From contig CAZBMZ010000001.1 in assembly GCA_964492845.1 (NCBI GenBank), positions 273,643 through 337,642 of the forward strand: a stretch of DNA of 64,000 bases. Reading direction: 5' to 3'. Positions 39,572 to 49,618 of this stretch are shown here, piece after piece (the first letter of the stretch is position 1; every line of letters starts with the position of its first letter). The notes beneath the pieces were generated by a model. The model was not told where the DNA came from. It saw nothing but the letters and a program-made list of their open reading frames with translations, and ran no database searches. This DNA comes from an uncultured Clostridia bacterium (GTDB lineage Bacteria > Acidobacteriota > Blastocatellia > Chloracidobacteriales > JADJPF01). Made by a program: the position numbers and the translations under genes.

Positions 39572-41266
39572 ATGTATAAATACTTATTTAATTTCTTTTT
39601 ACTTTTTTATTTCCTGATTTGCTTTGCTAGTAGTGTTTTTGCTCAGATCAAAGACTATGGCACATTAGTAATTAAACTTAATAACCCTGCAATAGAAATT
39701 ACTTCTCCTAAAAATCATTCTCGCATAGATCAAAATACTGTTGTTATGTGCTTAAAAGAAGGTAGAAATAATATCTCTTGGCGAGAAACTGACAAAGTAG
39801 AAAGCAAGTCTGTAGTAGTAAAAACAGGTCTAGTTACAACTGTAGAAATAGGTAATGCAGATGCAGAATTAATAGTTATTGCTGATCGCGCAGGTATTTT
39901 AATTGAATTAACAGGCTACCCATCTCAATTGTCAAAATATGCTGGAGAAAAATTAATTTTTAATAACTTGGAATTTGGCCCAACAACTTTAATAGCTAAA
40001 TTACCAGGCAAAAAAGACTTAGTTAAATTAGTTGATATTTCAAATAAAACCAATAGTTCGGTTAATGTTGGTTGGGATGATGCAACGCTAGATGTTCGGT
40101 TTGATCGTGCAAATGTAGATCTTTATATTAACAACCGATTAGAAGCTACTTCTAACAGTGCAGGTCAAATTATTAGTTTAAGTAATATTGCGCCAGGATT
40201 AAAAAAAATCTCTGGTGTAGCTACTGACAAACAAGGAAATAAATATTTACTAGAAGTTGATCCTAAAGAACTTCAAGTTGAAGCAAATAAAACCTATGCA
40301 GTGAACTTAACTAGAAAAGATGCTTTGCTACAAGTTATTGTAGATCGTCCTGCTGTGGAAATTGCTGTTAATGGAGTCACTTTAGTTTCAGAAAAAGCTC
40401 AATCAGAACTTATTTTTCCTTCAATGCTACCAGGAAAAACCAATCTAAAAATAAAATCAGGATCACAAATAATAGATAAAGAAGTAACCTTACTTGCGGA
40501 TCAAGTAGTAAAAGAATCAATAAGTTGGAATGATGCTACTTTGATAATCCAAGTAGATCGCCCAAGTGTAGATATTTTAATTAATAAAAAATTACTAGCT
40601 ACATCACAAATTAGTAATGAAAGAATAGTTCTTAAAAATCTCCCTCCGCAACATGTTCTAATTGAAGGTATTTTTCAAGCTTTAGGAAATAATTTTTACC
40701 CGCTAGAAGCTAATCCAAAAGAATTTGATTTATCAGCAGGTCAAACCGTAGAAGTAATGCTTAGTAAACGAGATGCACAATTAATTGTTACTACTGACCG
40801 ACGAGACGAAGTAGAACTTTTACTTAATAATCAAATAAAGGCATTAAATAGAGTAGATAGCAATGTGTATTATTTTCCTTTTATCTCACCTGGAAAAGTT
40901 TTTCTTTCTGCTAAATTAAAGGAAAAACCATTATTAGGCAGCGATATTTTACTAAAACAAATAGATTTACCTGTTGGTCAAACACCTGTAAAACTTGAGT
41001 GGGAAGATATTTTTCTTTTTGTAGAAGTAGAGTCAAAAATAGTTAACTTAAAGGTTAATGGTCAAGAGGGAACAGAAATATTTTGGGACTATCCTAATAA
41101 AAAGACAAAAAAAGTTTATGTTTTTTCATTAAAACCACACCAATCAGCAGAAATTTCATGGGAATTACTGGGAAAAAAAGCTAAACCTCTTACACTTTTT
41201 ATTAAAGAGCTAAATAACTCTCAAGGTCTAGTCATCACTAACCGACAGGTATCAGAAAATAAATAA
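39572..41266 (+). CDS. Exported protein with about 6 PEGA-like beta-sandwich repeats
   Basis: Signal peptide (..VFAQ); repeats starting DA.L.V..DR..V.I..N. Confidence 0.7.
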   Translation: MYKYLFNFFLLFYFLICFASSVFAQIKDYGTLVIKLNNPAIEITSPKNHSRIDQNTVVMCLKEGRNNISWRETDKVESKSVVVKTGLVTTVEIGNADAELIVIADRAGILIELTGYPSQLSKYAGEKLIFNNLEFGPTTLIAKLPGKKDLVKLVDISNKTNSSVNVGWDDATLDVRFDRANVDLYINNRLEATSNSAGQIISLSNIAPGLKKISGVATDKQGNKYLLEVDPKELQVEANKTYAVNLTRKDALLQVIVDRPAVEIAVNGVTLVSEKAQSELIFPSMLPGKTNLKIKSGSQIIDKEVTLLADQVVKESISWNDATLIIQVDRPSVDILINKKLLATSQISNERIVLKNLPPQHVLIEGIFQALGNNFYPLEANPKEFDLSAGQTVEVMLSKRDAQLIVTTDRRDEVELLLNNQIKALNRVDSNVYYFPFISPGKVFLSAKLKEKPLLGSDILLKQIDLPVGQTPVKLEWEDIFLFVEVESKIVNLKVNGQEGTEIFWDYPNKKTKKVYVFSLKPHQSAEISWELLGKKAKPLTLFIKELNNSQGLVITNRQVSENK

Positions 41267-41297
41267 AGGCTAATAAGTTTCCTCATTAGCCTTTATT
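41262..41297. terminator. Bidirectional terminator
   Basis: AATAAAGGCTAAT/ATTAGCCTTTATT between convergent genes. Confidence 0.7.
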
Positions 41298-41325
41298 TAT
41301 TAAGAATTATTAACTAGTACAAGTA

Positions 41326-41658
41326 TTAGTCCATAGAAGTTAAGCCAGTGCGAATAGCATATTTTACAAGTCCAGCTAAACTGTGAATTTGTAAACGGGT
41401 CATAATGCTAGCACGATGAGCATCAACAGTCTTTACACTGATTTTTAAGATATCAGCAATTTGCTTATTAGTCATACCTTCAACTAATAACTTTAAGGTT
41501 TCTTGTTGACGTGCAGTTAGGATGTTGCGTTTGCTACGACCTCTTAAGGACTCTTTTGGTGTTCCATCACCGTTTTCTTCTTCTTTGGTCTTTTTTCTTT
41601 TTACTAAAGGAGTATGGCCTTTTGCATCGATTTTTTTCTTAGAAGCTGTTGTAGTCAT
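41326..41658 (-). CDS. Stand-alone LuxR/GerE-type HTH regulator
   Basis: LTARQQETLKLLVEGMTNKQIA..L.ISVKTVDAHRASIM; no receiver domain. Confidence 0.88.
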   Translation of the reverse strand: MTTTASKKKIDAKGHTPLVKRKKTKEEENGDGTPKESLRGRSKRNILTARQQETLKLLVEGMTNKQIADILKISVKTVDAHRASIMTRLQIHSLAGLVKYAIRTGLTSMD

Positions 41659-42098
41659 AATTATCTCTCACCCAAAAAATTAGTTTTAAGCAGTTGTTCT
41701 GCTGGCAGGACTAAGTTTTAATTTGTCTTGCTGGTGTAAAGAATATTTGGATCTCAAGGAAAAATAAAGCAGAAGAAAACCTGAAAATCTCTCAGGTAAT
41801 CCTGTAGGTTAATCTAAGGGATTATTAACTAGGTGCTAAGACATTGGATAGATAGCCCACATAGAGAGTCATAGTTAAGATAATTTGAATAAACTTAGCT
41901 AGGAGATTGTTAAAGGTAAGTTATAACTAGAAGGATATTTTAGTAAAAATATATTAGGCTGCTTTTTTAGTAAGCGGGTATTAAGCTTAATAATCTGAAT
42001 ATTTTAAGGATAAATCACCAAAAAGACACACCCACTAGGTGTGTCCTTTTTAGAGTTTGACTGCCCAAGTATAAAATTTAGGTTTGGCTAAAGAAACA

Positions 42099-42350
42099 TT
42101 AACGATCATTTTTACCTGGTTCAATGATCTCTAAATGGTAACGGCGGTTAAGCTTTTTGCTAGCAGCATAAATAATATCGCGCATTGCTCGTGCTGTACG
42201 CCCTTCTTTGCCAATTACATGCCGCAGATCTGATTCTGCAACACGAAGTTCAATAATGCTAGTTTGCGCACCATCGATTTCATTTACTTGTACTTGATCT
42301 GGATTATCCACTAATGCTTTAGCCATTGCAGCTACTAGATGTTTCATCAT
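42099..42350 (-). CDS. khpA: KH-domain RNA-binding protein (KhpA/YlqC family)
   Basis: ALVDNPDQV, ELRVA.SD...VIGKEGRTARAMR. Confidence 0.85.
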   Translation of the reverse strand: MMKHLVAAMAKALVDNPDQVQVNEIDGAQTSIIELRVAESDLRHVIGKEGRTARAMRDIIYAASKKLNRRYHLEIIEPGKNDR

Positions 42351-42568
42351 TTTTCTCCTCCATTAGTCCATTCGCAATTTACAGAAAAATTACTACGAGT
42401 TCTATTCTTAGAGCAAACAGACCCCATCTAATATTTAAGTTTTAAGATAAAATCTGAGTTGTTGTTAAAAAACTAGGTAAAAATTTGGAACTTTGCTAAT
42501 GATAACCGCTTAAAGAACTGAAAACAATAACTAATATAAAATCCTAGCCTAAACTTAAGCTATTTTTA

Positions 42569-43042
42569 CTATCTTGTACCTTTACGCGCAGTTGTTTGAG
42601 TTAATGATTTAAGCTCATTCATAAACTCGGTGACATCCTTAAAATCTTTGTAAACAGACGCAAACCTTACAAAAGCTACTTTGTCTAAAGTTTTTAGCCT
42701 TCTCATAAGCAGTTCGCCTATTTTAGTAGTAGGTCGCTCACGTTCTTTAGATTCTTGGACAAATCTTTCAATTTCATTAGTGATTTCTTCTAGTTTATTT
42801 GGGCTAACAGGTCTTTTTTCACAAGCTTTTAGTAGTCCTGAGAGTACTTTATTACGATCAAACGGTTCACGACGACCATCTTTTTTTATCACCATATAAG
42901 GCAATTGCTCAAGACGTTCATAAGTAGTAAAACGCCGATTGCAATCTGTACATTCACGTCGACGGCGAATTACTTCGCCTTCTTGACTTTCACGAGAATC
43001 TATCACCTTGTCAAATAAAGAGTTACAGTAGGGACACTTCAT
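42569..43042 (-). CDS. nrdR: Transcriptional repressor NrdR
   Basis: MKCPYC...VIDSR...IRRRREC..C..RFTTYE; ATP-cone; DKVAFVRFASVY. Confidence 0.97.
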   Translation of the reverse strand: MKCPYCNSLFDKVIDSRESQEGEVIRRRRECTDCNRRFTTYERLEQLPYMVIKKDGRREPFDRNKVLSGLLKACEKRPVSPNKLEEITNEIERFVQESKERERPTTKIGELLMRRLKTLDKVAFVRFASVYKDFKDVTEFMNELKSLTQTTARKGTR

Positions 43043-43158
43043 CAGATCTCCACAAAAATCATACTAATGGTTGTGTGATAAGATAGCACACAACCACTAG
43101 GGGATGGCAAGAAAAACTTACGCTATATTGTTGTTTAAGTTAAAGATCCAAAAACAAA

Positions 43159-43174
43159 CTTCTACATATAGTGT
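43159..43174. promoter_or_regulatory. Possible NrdR box upstream of nrdR
   Basis: cttCTACATATAGtgt versus consensus acaCwAtATaTwGtgt. Confidence 0.4.
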
Positions 43175-43239
43175 CTAACTATTTGCTATACACAATTAGA
43201 ATTACTTAAAAATATATTTGTGAAAATAAAGAATGTGTT

Positions 43240-43274
43240 ATGCTTAACTACTTGTGAATAAAGTAGTTAAGCAT
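43240..43274 (-). terminator. Hairpin terminator after glpD-like gene
   Basis: ATGCTTAACTACTT/AAGTAGTTAAGCAT. Confidence 0.65.
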
Positions 43275-43278
43275 TATT

Positions 43279-44931
43279 TTATACTGTATATTGGACTGCG
43301 TAAGTTTCTTGATAGCGTTGGAGTTCGGTTTCCTTTGTTGGGACTGACCAGTTTAGTTCTATTGCCATAAGTTCAGCTACTTTTGCTGCTACACTTACGC
43401 CTTGGTCAGAGGTAAGAAACGCAATTCTAGTGCGTCGCACTAGGAAATCATCAAGTCTAGTGGCTTGTTCTTGTCTAACACAATAAATTACTTCAGCTTG
43501 AATAAATGGAAGTTTTTCTACAAGTCGTGTTGCTAAACTAGATTTAGCTGAAACTATATTTAAGACTTCATTTGCATTAACTCCATAATCTTCTACCAGA
43601 TGATTAGCAATAGTCTCATCTAAACCTAATTTTCTAGCTTCGTCTTTAACTTGTTTTTGAACTTTATCTAGCGGTTGGCTGCTAGAAAACCCACTTAGGA
43701 AAATTTTATCTGTAATAGTTGGTTTAACATTTTGAATTAAGTTACGTGTTTTCATACTCTTAAACACAAAATCCATTAATTGGTTAGCCATCAAGCGATA
43801 AGTTGTTAGCTTTCCACCAGCAATTGAAATTAAACCAGAATCACTTTCAAAAATACGATGTTCACGAGAGATATCTTTAGTTGATTTGCCACCTTCATCA
43901 ATAAGCGGGCGAAGACCTGCATAAGTAGCTAAAATATCTTTATTAGTAAGTTTTGCGTTAGGAAAAACTTTATTTGTTGAGTCAACTATATATTTAATGT
44001 CTTCGGCTGAGGCTGTAGGCGATTCAATATCGCCCTTAAAATCTGTGTCTGTAGTCCCAATGATAATCCCTTCATACCAGGGAATAAAAAATAGAGAGCG
44101 TTTATCATTAGCGGCTGATTCAAAAAGTAAAGCTTGTGTGGTAGGGATACGAGAGCGATCTATTGTAATATGTACACCTTTAGCAGGTCTTACTTTGCTA
44201 TTAGCCTGTGGGTCATCGGCCTGACACATTTTGTCCATCCAAACCCCAGTAGCATTTATAACTTGTTTAGCACGAATGATAATTTCTTTGTTAGAAATTA
44301 AGTCTCGCGCTTTAACAGCAGAAATTACATTTTTTTCTTTGACTAAATCAATTGCTTCCAAATAATTACAGCATACAGCATTGTAGCTTGTGGCTGATTT
44401 TGTTACTTCCATAACAAGACGAGCATCATTAGTTTGGCAATCGTGATAAAGATAGGCTAAATGAAGCCCATCGGTTTCTAGTAAAGGAACCATTTCAACA
44501 GCTTTTTTAGCACTTAAGCGTTTATGAAAACGAGAATTTTTAACTTTAGAAACAATGTCATAAAGCCAAAGTCCAAGAAAAACTTGCGCTCCATGTCCCC
44601 AACGATAAATAGGGATTAAAAAAGACATAGGTCTTACTAAATGTGGTGCTAGTTCCTGAAGCAATGCACGTTCTGAACAAGATTCATAGGTTACGCGGAA
44701 ATCTCCTTGAGCTAAATAACGTAGTCCACCATGAATAAGCTTAGAGGAACGGCTAGAAGTGCCAATAGCGTAATCACCCCGTTCAATTAATGCTACTTTT
44801 AGCCCCCTAGATGCTGCATCCTGACAAGCACCAACTCCAGTTATTCCGCCACCAATTATTAAAATATCAAAATCTTCTTTTTGTAATTTATCTATAGCCG
44901 TTGCTCTTGGCTCAAGTGCTATTTTTGTCAT
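43279..44931 (-). CDS. glpD: FAD-dependent glycerol-3-phosphate dehydrogenase/oxidase
   Basis: IIGGGITG, GTSSRSSKLIHGGLRYL, NATGVW, GTTD, AGLRPL, GGKLTTYR. Confidence 0.9.
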   Translation of the reverse strand: MTKIALEPRATAIDKLQKEDFDILIIGGGITGVGACQDAASRGLKVALIERGDYAIGTSSRSSKLIHGGLRYLAQGDFRVTYESCSERALLQELAPHLVRPMSFLIPIYRWGHGAQVFLGLWLYDIVSKVKNSRFHKRLSAKKAVEMVPLLETDGLHLAYLYHDCQTNDARLVMEVTKSATSYNAVCCNYLEAIDLVKEKNVISAVKARDLISNKEIIIRAKQVINATGVWMDKMCQADDPQANSKVRPAKGVHITIDRSRIPTTQALLFESAANDKRSLFFIPWYEGIIIGTTDTDFKGDIESPTASAEDIKYIVDSTNKVFPNAKLTNKDILATYAGLRPLIDEGGKSTKDISREHRIFESDSGLISIAGGKLTTYRLMANQLMDFVFKSMKTRNLIQNVKPTITDKIFLSGFSSSQPLDKVQKQVKDEARKLGLDETIANHLVEDYGVNANEVLNIVSAKSSLATRLVEKLPFIQAEVIYCVRQEQATRLDDFLVRRTRIAFLTSDQGVSVAAKVAELMAIELNWSVPTKETELQRYQETYAVQYTV

Positions 44932-46595
44932 GTGATTATTTTACCTGGATTAAGTATTCCTTGAGGGTCAAAAATTTGTTTTACGCTAGCTAACGCTGCC
45001 ATTGCTAGTTTACCATGTTCACGTTCTGCCCACTTAGCATGATCACGGCCTACACCATGATGATGGGAAATCGTTCCTCCATCAGCTATGATTGAATCTG
45101 AAGCAGTAGATTTTATTACTTGCCATTGCTCTAGCTCTGACCCTTTAGTTTGTTTAGTTAGAAAAGTAAAATAAAGCGATGCTCCATCATGGTAGCTATG
45201 GGAAATATGGCAAAAAACTACAGCCCGAAAACCAAAACTTTCTATACTCAAAGTTAATGCACTTTTTACAGAATTATAAAGATTAGCTAAATTTGCCCAA
45301 GTTGTAGCCGTTTCTAAAGTATCAATCATTATTGAATAATCTAGCAATGTATCTCTTAAGTAAGGTAGCTCAAAGCGTTCTTTATACCAATGTTGGCCGA
45401 CACGAGTTCCTAAGTCTATGCCGTCGTGATGTTTACAAATATCTAATGCTGCTTTAATTTCTTGTTTTACTGATTTATCTGTTGATTCAAAGCCTAAAAT
45501 CATTAAACAAGTAGAAGTGCTATAACCACGATTTTTTAAGTACCATTTCCCAGCTTTGCTAAGCGCATTTTCAAGCATTGACTCAGACTCAGCCCGCATT
45601 TTCATAATTGCGCTAGTTTCTACTTCGTCTGAAAGCCTTATGGTAGAAGGGTTTAAGCCTGCCTGGATAATTGTACGAATTGCTTGCGCACCAGCTAAAA
45701 AGTCCTTAAACAATATTCCACGATAAATTTTAATTGTTGGCATATGGTGAATACGCATTTTAGCTTTAGTAATTACTCCAAATATTCCTTCACTGCCAAT
45801 TAAAAGTTGTTTTATTGATGGCCCTGCCGCTGATGCAGGAGCATCCAGGGTAGTAATTAACTCTTTAGGGCTAGCTAGTGTCACACTAGACACCATATCT
45901 TCTACACGACCATATTTATTTGATTGTTGGCCTGCGGAACGTGCTGCAATCCAGCCACCTAGGGAAGAAAATTCAAATGATTGTGGATAATGTCCTAAAG
46001 TGTAACCACGAGCTTGCAAAGCTTTTTCTAGTGCAGGGCCTAACATTCCAGCTTGAATAGTTGCAAGTAGCGAAATTTCATCAATATTTACCAGTTGATT
46101 AAGCAGGCTTAAATCCAAGCTAATAGCAGCCTTTTGACCACTACTTTTTAAGGCTTCAACTCCACCTACAACGCTAGTGCCACCGCCAAAAGGAATTACG
46201 GCTATTTTTAAGTCGCTAGCTAGCTGCAAAACTTCTAAAATTTGATTTTCTGTCTTAGGGTAAATTACCAAATCTGGCGGATTTTCTATTAAGCCTTTGC
46301 GAATACGTGTTAAATCAGGAAAACTTTTTCCCACTGAATGAGTAATTCTAGCTAGATCATCGCTTCTTACTTGGTCGCTAGATAATAATTTTTCAAATTT
46401 AGCCGCTAGATTTGTGTCTGTAGGGGTGATCTTAATGTCTGATAAATTGATAGGTAAAGAATTTGCGGAAGTTTCACTATCTTTAAGTTCTAATTTTTCA
46501 CGTATATAAGGCCAAAAATTATGACGACGACTAAGATCAAAGGTTTTATTTGCTAGCCCCCAACCATACCATTTTAATTCCTGCTTTTGTGACAT
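44928..46595 (-). CDS. Alkyl-dihydroxyacetonephosphate synthase-like FAD oxidoreductase
   Basis: KWYGWG, PFGGGTSV, GHYPQSFEFSSLGGW, GSEG.FG, YLRD, GGTISHHHGVG. Confidence 0.88.
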   Translation of the reverse strand: MSQKQELKWYGWGLANKTFDLSRRHNFWPYIREKLELKDSETSANSLPINLSDIKITPTDTNLAAKFEKLLSSDQVRSDDLARITHSVGKSFPDLTRIRKGLIENPPDLVIYPKTENQILEVLQLASDLKIAVIPFGGGTSVVGGVEALKSSGQKAAISLDLSLLNQLVNIDEISLLATIQAGMLGPALEKALQARGYTLGHYPQSFEFSSLGGWIAARSAGQQSNKYGRVEDMVSSVTLASPKELITTLDAPASAAGPSIKQLLIGSEGIFGVITKAKMRIHHMPTIKIYRGILFKDFLAGAQAIRTIIQAGLNPSTIRLSDEVETSAIMKMRAESESMLENALSKAGKWYLKNRGYSTSTCLMILGFESTDKSVKQEIKAALDICKHHDGIDLGTRVGQHWYKERFELPYLRDTLLDYSIMIDTLETATTWANLANLYNSVKSALTLSIESFGFRAVVFCHISHSYHDGASLYFTFLTKQTKGSELEQWQVIKSTASDSIIADGGTISHHHGVGRDHAKWAEREHGKLAMAALASVKQIFDPQGILNPGKIIT

Positions 46596-46713
46596 AAACT
46601 TTAGACTCTTAATTAAACTCTTAAAAAAAGGTAAATACTATCTTTTCCTTAGATAACATATTTAATATTTTTAATCAATTGTAGTAGTTTACAGTGTATT
46701 AACTAAAAAAACT

Positions 46714-47751
46714 TTATTCGGTTTCGGTAGGTGATTCTATTGGCGAATCTGGGTCATAGACTTCTATTGCTGTTGCTATCCATAAACCATTTTCCTGTTT
46801 ACTTACAGTAATATTTAACGCTCTAATACTATTACTTAATGAATAAGTAATTTTATCTAAGCTCTTTATTTTGAATTTGTTATTAGTTGTTAAGTTTTCT
46901 ACTGACCAAGCTTTTCCAGAATGTTTTTCTAGCCCTAATATAATTATTGGGTCAAGACTAGGATCAATATAGCTGCGATGTTCTGGAGCAATAGTCTGTT
47001 TACTTAAAGACTGTGCTACTAGATAAAAGACGGTATAGGGATCATTGCCAAGGTATTTACTACCTAATTGATAATTTGTTTCGCACCAGTTAACTTCTTG
47101 AATACTATAGGCTTGTTCACAAGTGACACAACTTTCAAATAAGTTATTTTGAAAAGGCATTTTTAGATCAAATTCTGGCCCCTTATCAATTAACTTAACT
47201 TCTGTGTTTTTACCACCTAATTTTCCTTCTATAAAGGGAAGAGCTTCACGGCTAACATCTGAGAGTGTTTGAGCTTCTAGCTTAAACATAGAAATAATAG
47301 GCTCGCGGTTGTCACCATCAGTTAATTCTGAGCCAAAAAGAACTAAATATTGATCTGTATCTTGTTCAATAATCACTGTTTGATCAGGTAAGGGATCACC
47401 TGTTTTTGAACGATAGCGGGATAAAACGCTAACAGGGACTAAATCAAGTAATTCTTGGCTATTTAATTTATTTAATCGTAAAGTTGGTTGATTATTTGAA
47501 GTTGTAATATTGCTGATGGGTGTAAAAGAGCTAGTGTTAATAACTTTATTGGCACGTCTATTTTCTACAAACCAAAATGTTGCTGCTAGGATAATGCCGC
47601 TAAGTAGGAAAAAAAAACCTCCTAAAGCTAGCCAAACACGACCCGTTTTAGTCTCTTGAGTGGAGTTACGAGAACATTTGATACAAATGGTTTGGTTAGT
47701 TCTTAAAATTTTGCCGCATTTATCACAAGTTGTTTCTATAGAATTGTCCAC
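46714..47751 (-). CDS. Hypothetical membrane-anchored protein with N-terminal Zn-ribbon
   Basis: CDKC...CIKC then one TM helix and a soluble domain. Confidence 0.6.
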   Translation of the reverse strand: MDNSIETTCDKCGKILRTNQTICIKCSRNSTQETKTGRVWLALGGFFFLLSGIILAATFWFVENRRANKVINTSSFTPISNITTSNNQPTLRLNKLNSQELLDLVPVSVLSRYRSKTGDPLPDQTVIIEQDTDQYLVLFGSELTDGDNREPIISMFKLEAQTLSDVSREALPFIEGKLGGKNTEVKLIDKGPEFDLKMPFQNNLFESCVTCEQAYSIQEVNWCETNYQLGSKYLGNDPYTVFYLVAQSLSKQTIAPEHRSYIDPSLDPIIILGLEKHSGKAWSVENLTTNNKFKIKSLDKITYSLSNSIRALNITVSKQENGLWIATAIEVYDPDSPIESPTETE

Positions 47752-47880
47752 AAAAGAACAAATAGCACGGTTTAAAAGATTTTGGAAGCTTTAATTTATT
47801 TGTGATTAAATTTTCTTACGGAAAAATTTTTTATAGATGGGCAACAAAAATTTTTTTTTCACCGATAAACTAAGCAACTA

Positions 47881-47952
47881 TCGCTCCTATTGAGAAGCTT
47901 GTGAAGGATTCATCCCAACCTATGCATATCACAAGTTTCTCAGCAGGAGCGA
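47881..47952. repeat. 24-bp imperfect inverted repeat
   Basis: TCGCTCCTATTGAGAAGCTTGTGA ... TCACAAGTTTCTCAGCAGGAGCGA (21/24 Watson-Crick). Confidence 0.75.
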
Positions 47953-47960
47953 ATCTACTT

Positions 47961-48530
47961 TTAAAACCTAATTTTTCTATACACATCAACTAACAAAAGC
48001 TCGCAATTTATAGAAGGCAAATGCAATTTATCATCTAAAGTGCTAGTTTCTACAAGTAACCAACTATTATCATTTTGTCTAACATAGTGCATTATATGGG
48101 GTTTCTTTTGAGCTATTAGAGTATATTCTTGTAGGGAATCTATGGAGCGATAATGTTCAAATTTTTCTCCACGATCATAGTTTTCTGTAGTTTTAGAAAG
48201 AATTTCAATAATAAGCCTTGGATTAAGTAATGTATCTAATTCCTCATCTTCAAATTGAGGTTCATCACAAACTACAACTATGTCAGGATAAGTATAAAGA
48301 CCTGTTTTTGGTACTTTTATCCGCATGTCACTTGCGTAAAGTTCACAGTTTCTATTCTCAATTTGTTGGTTAAGTGATGTAACTACATTAGTTGAAATAA
48401 GGTTATGTTTGCGGCTTGCTCCTGTCATAGCAAAAATTTCACCATCAAAGTATTCGCTTTTATATTCAGCTTTACGTTCTATAGAGAGATATTCAGCTAC
48501 TTTGAATTTAGGCTTAAGTTTTGATGACAT
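47961..48530 (-). CDS. Uma2 family endonuclease
   Basis: EYFDGEIFAMTGAS..HN, YPDIVVVC, IEILSKTT..YDRGEKF. Confidence 0.92.
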   Translation of the reverse strand: MSSKLKPKFKVAEYLSIERKAEYKSEYFDGEIFAMTGASRKHNLISTNVVTSLNQQIENRNCELYASDMRIKVPKTGLYTYPDIVVVCDEPQFEDEELDTLLNPRLIIEILSKTTENYDRGEKFEHYRSIDSLQEYTLIAQKKPHIMHYVRQNDNSWLLVETSTLDDKLHLPSINCELLLVDVYRKIRF

Positions 48531-48634
48531 GATTTTTTCCTTTGTCTAACAATGTTCTAAATACTAATAAAATGGAATAAGGAATGCACGCATTTTGCAA
48601 GCATTCCTTATTTTTCTCTTTAAATTTACTAATT

Positions 48635-49618
48635 TTAGCTGTTAGACAAAGGTTGTGTTTTAGCTTCTGGGGAAACCGATTCTTCTTCTACAGTGGGATA
48701 GAAAGAAACTATTGAATGGACGGAACGTTCAAAGTGGTTATCTTGGGATTGTGGAATTAGACCTTCTCCATCAAAAGCACAAATTATTACAGTGATGTTA
48801 TCTTCTCCACCTCGTCTTTTAGCTAGTTCAATTAGCTGTTTACAAGCCATTTCAATGCTGCTTGCCTTAAGCGTGAACTTAAGCATTTCCGCTTCGGTAA
48901 CCTTGTTAGATAAACCGTCTGAACAAAGTAGCAAATAATCACCACGTCTAAGATCAATACCAGTAAGCGCGACTTTTATTTCCTGCTGAGTTCCCATAGC
49001 TTGGAGGATTACATTTTTTATAGGTGCATGTTCTGCTTCTTCGCGCGAAAGTTCACCAGCTAGAATAAGAAGTTCTACGAGGGATTGATCTATTGTAACT
49101 TGTAGGATTGATTCGCCCCTGATTAAATAGGCTCGACTATCGCCTACTTCAGCAATATAAGCTTTGCCATCACGTACTAATGCAGCGGTTAGGGTTGCCC
49201 CCATACCAGACTTTGCAGAATTATCTTGGCTTTCTTTCCAAATTAGGTAATTAGCACGTTGGACAGCCTTTATTAACTGTTCCTCAGCCGGACGAGAAGC
49301 AACAGATTTCATTAACTCACTACGTACAGCAGCAACAGCCATTGCTGAGGCTACTTCACCTGCTTGCGCGCCTCCCATGCCATCAGAAATTATTAACAAA
49401 GTGCCACGTTTACTAACTTTTTGGTTATTAATTTCTTCGCCAGAAATTTGCGCACCTGTAGCAAGGTCGGAGAGTAAGAAACTATCTTCATTATTTGATC
49501 GAACTACGCCAACATCCGTGCAACCATAAGCACTAAGCCTAACTTCGTTAGATAGTTTTTTGGTTTTTTTATCAACGCCTGAGCTATTAGAATTAGACGA
49601 CAGTCTTCTAGGACTCAT
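48635..49618 (-). CDS. PP2C-type (Stp1/IreP) Ser/Thr phosphatase
   Basis: TDVG.VR..NED, DGMGG...GEVAS, MGAT, VGDSRAY, CSDGL, GG.DNIT; ATG 49618 assumed as start. Confidence 0.92.
   Translation of the reverse strand: MSPRRLSSNSNSSGVDKKTKKLSNEVRLSAYGCTDVGVVRSNNEDSFLLSDLATGAQISGEEINNQKVSKRGTLLIISDGMGGAQAGEVASAMAVAAVRSELMKSVASRPAEEQLIKAVQRANYLIWKESQDNSAKSGMGATLTAALVRDGKAYIAEVGDSRAYLIRGESILQVTIDQSLVELLILAGELSREEAEHAPIKNVILQAMGTQQEIKVALTGIDLRRGDYLLLCSDGLSNKVTEAEMLKFTLKASSIEMACKQLIELAKRRGGEDNITVIICAFDGEGLIPQSQDNHFERSVHSIVSFYPTVEEESVSPEAKTQPLSNS

Noticed and set aside
41760-41800. CTCTCAGG resembling a glycine riboswitch
   Set aside because: Other aptamer motifs (GGAGA, CCGAAG) are missing, it is on the opposite strand to the adjacent gene, and no glycine genes are nearby
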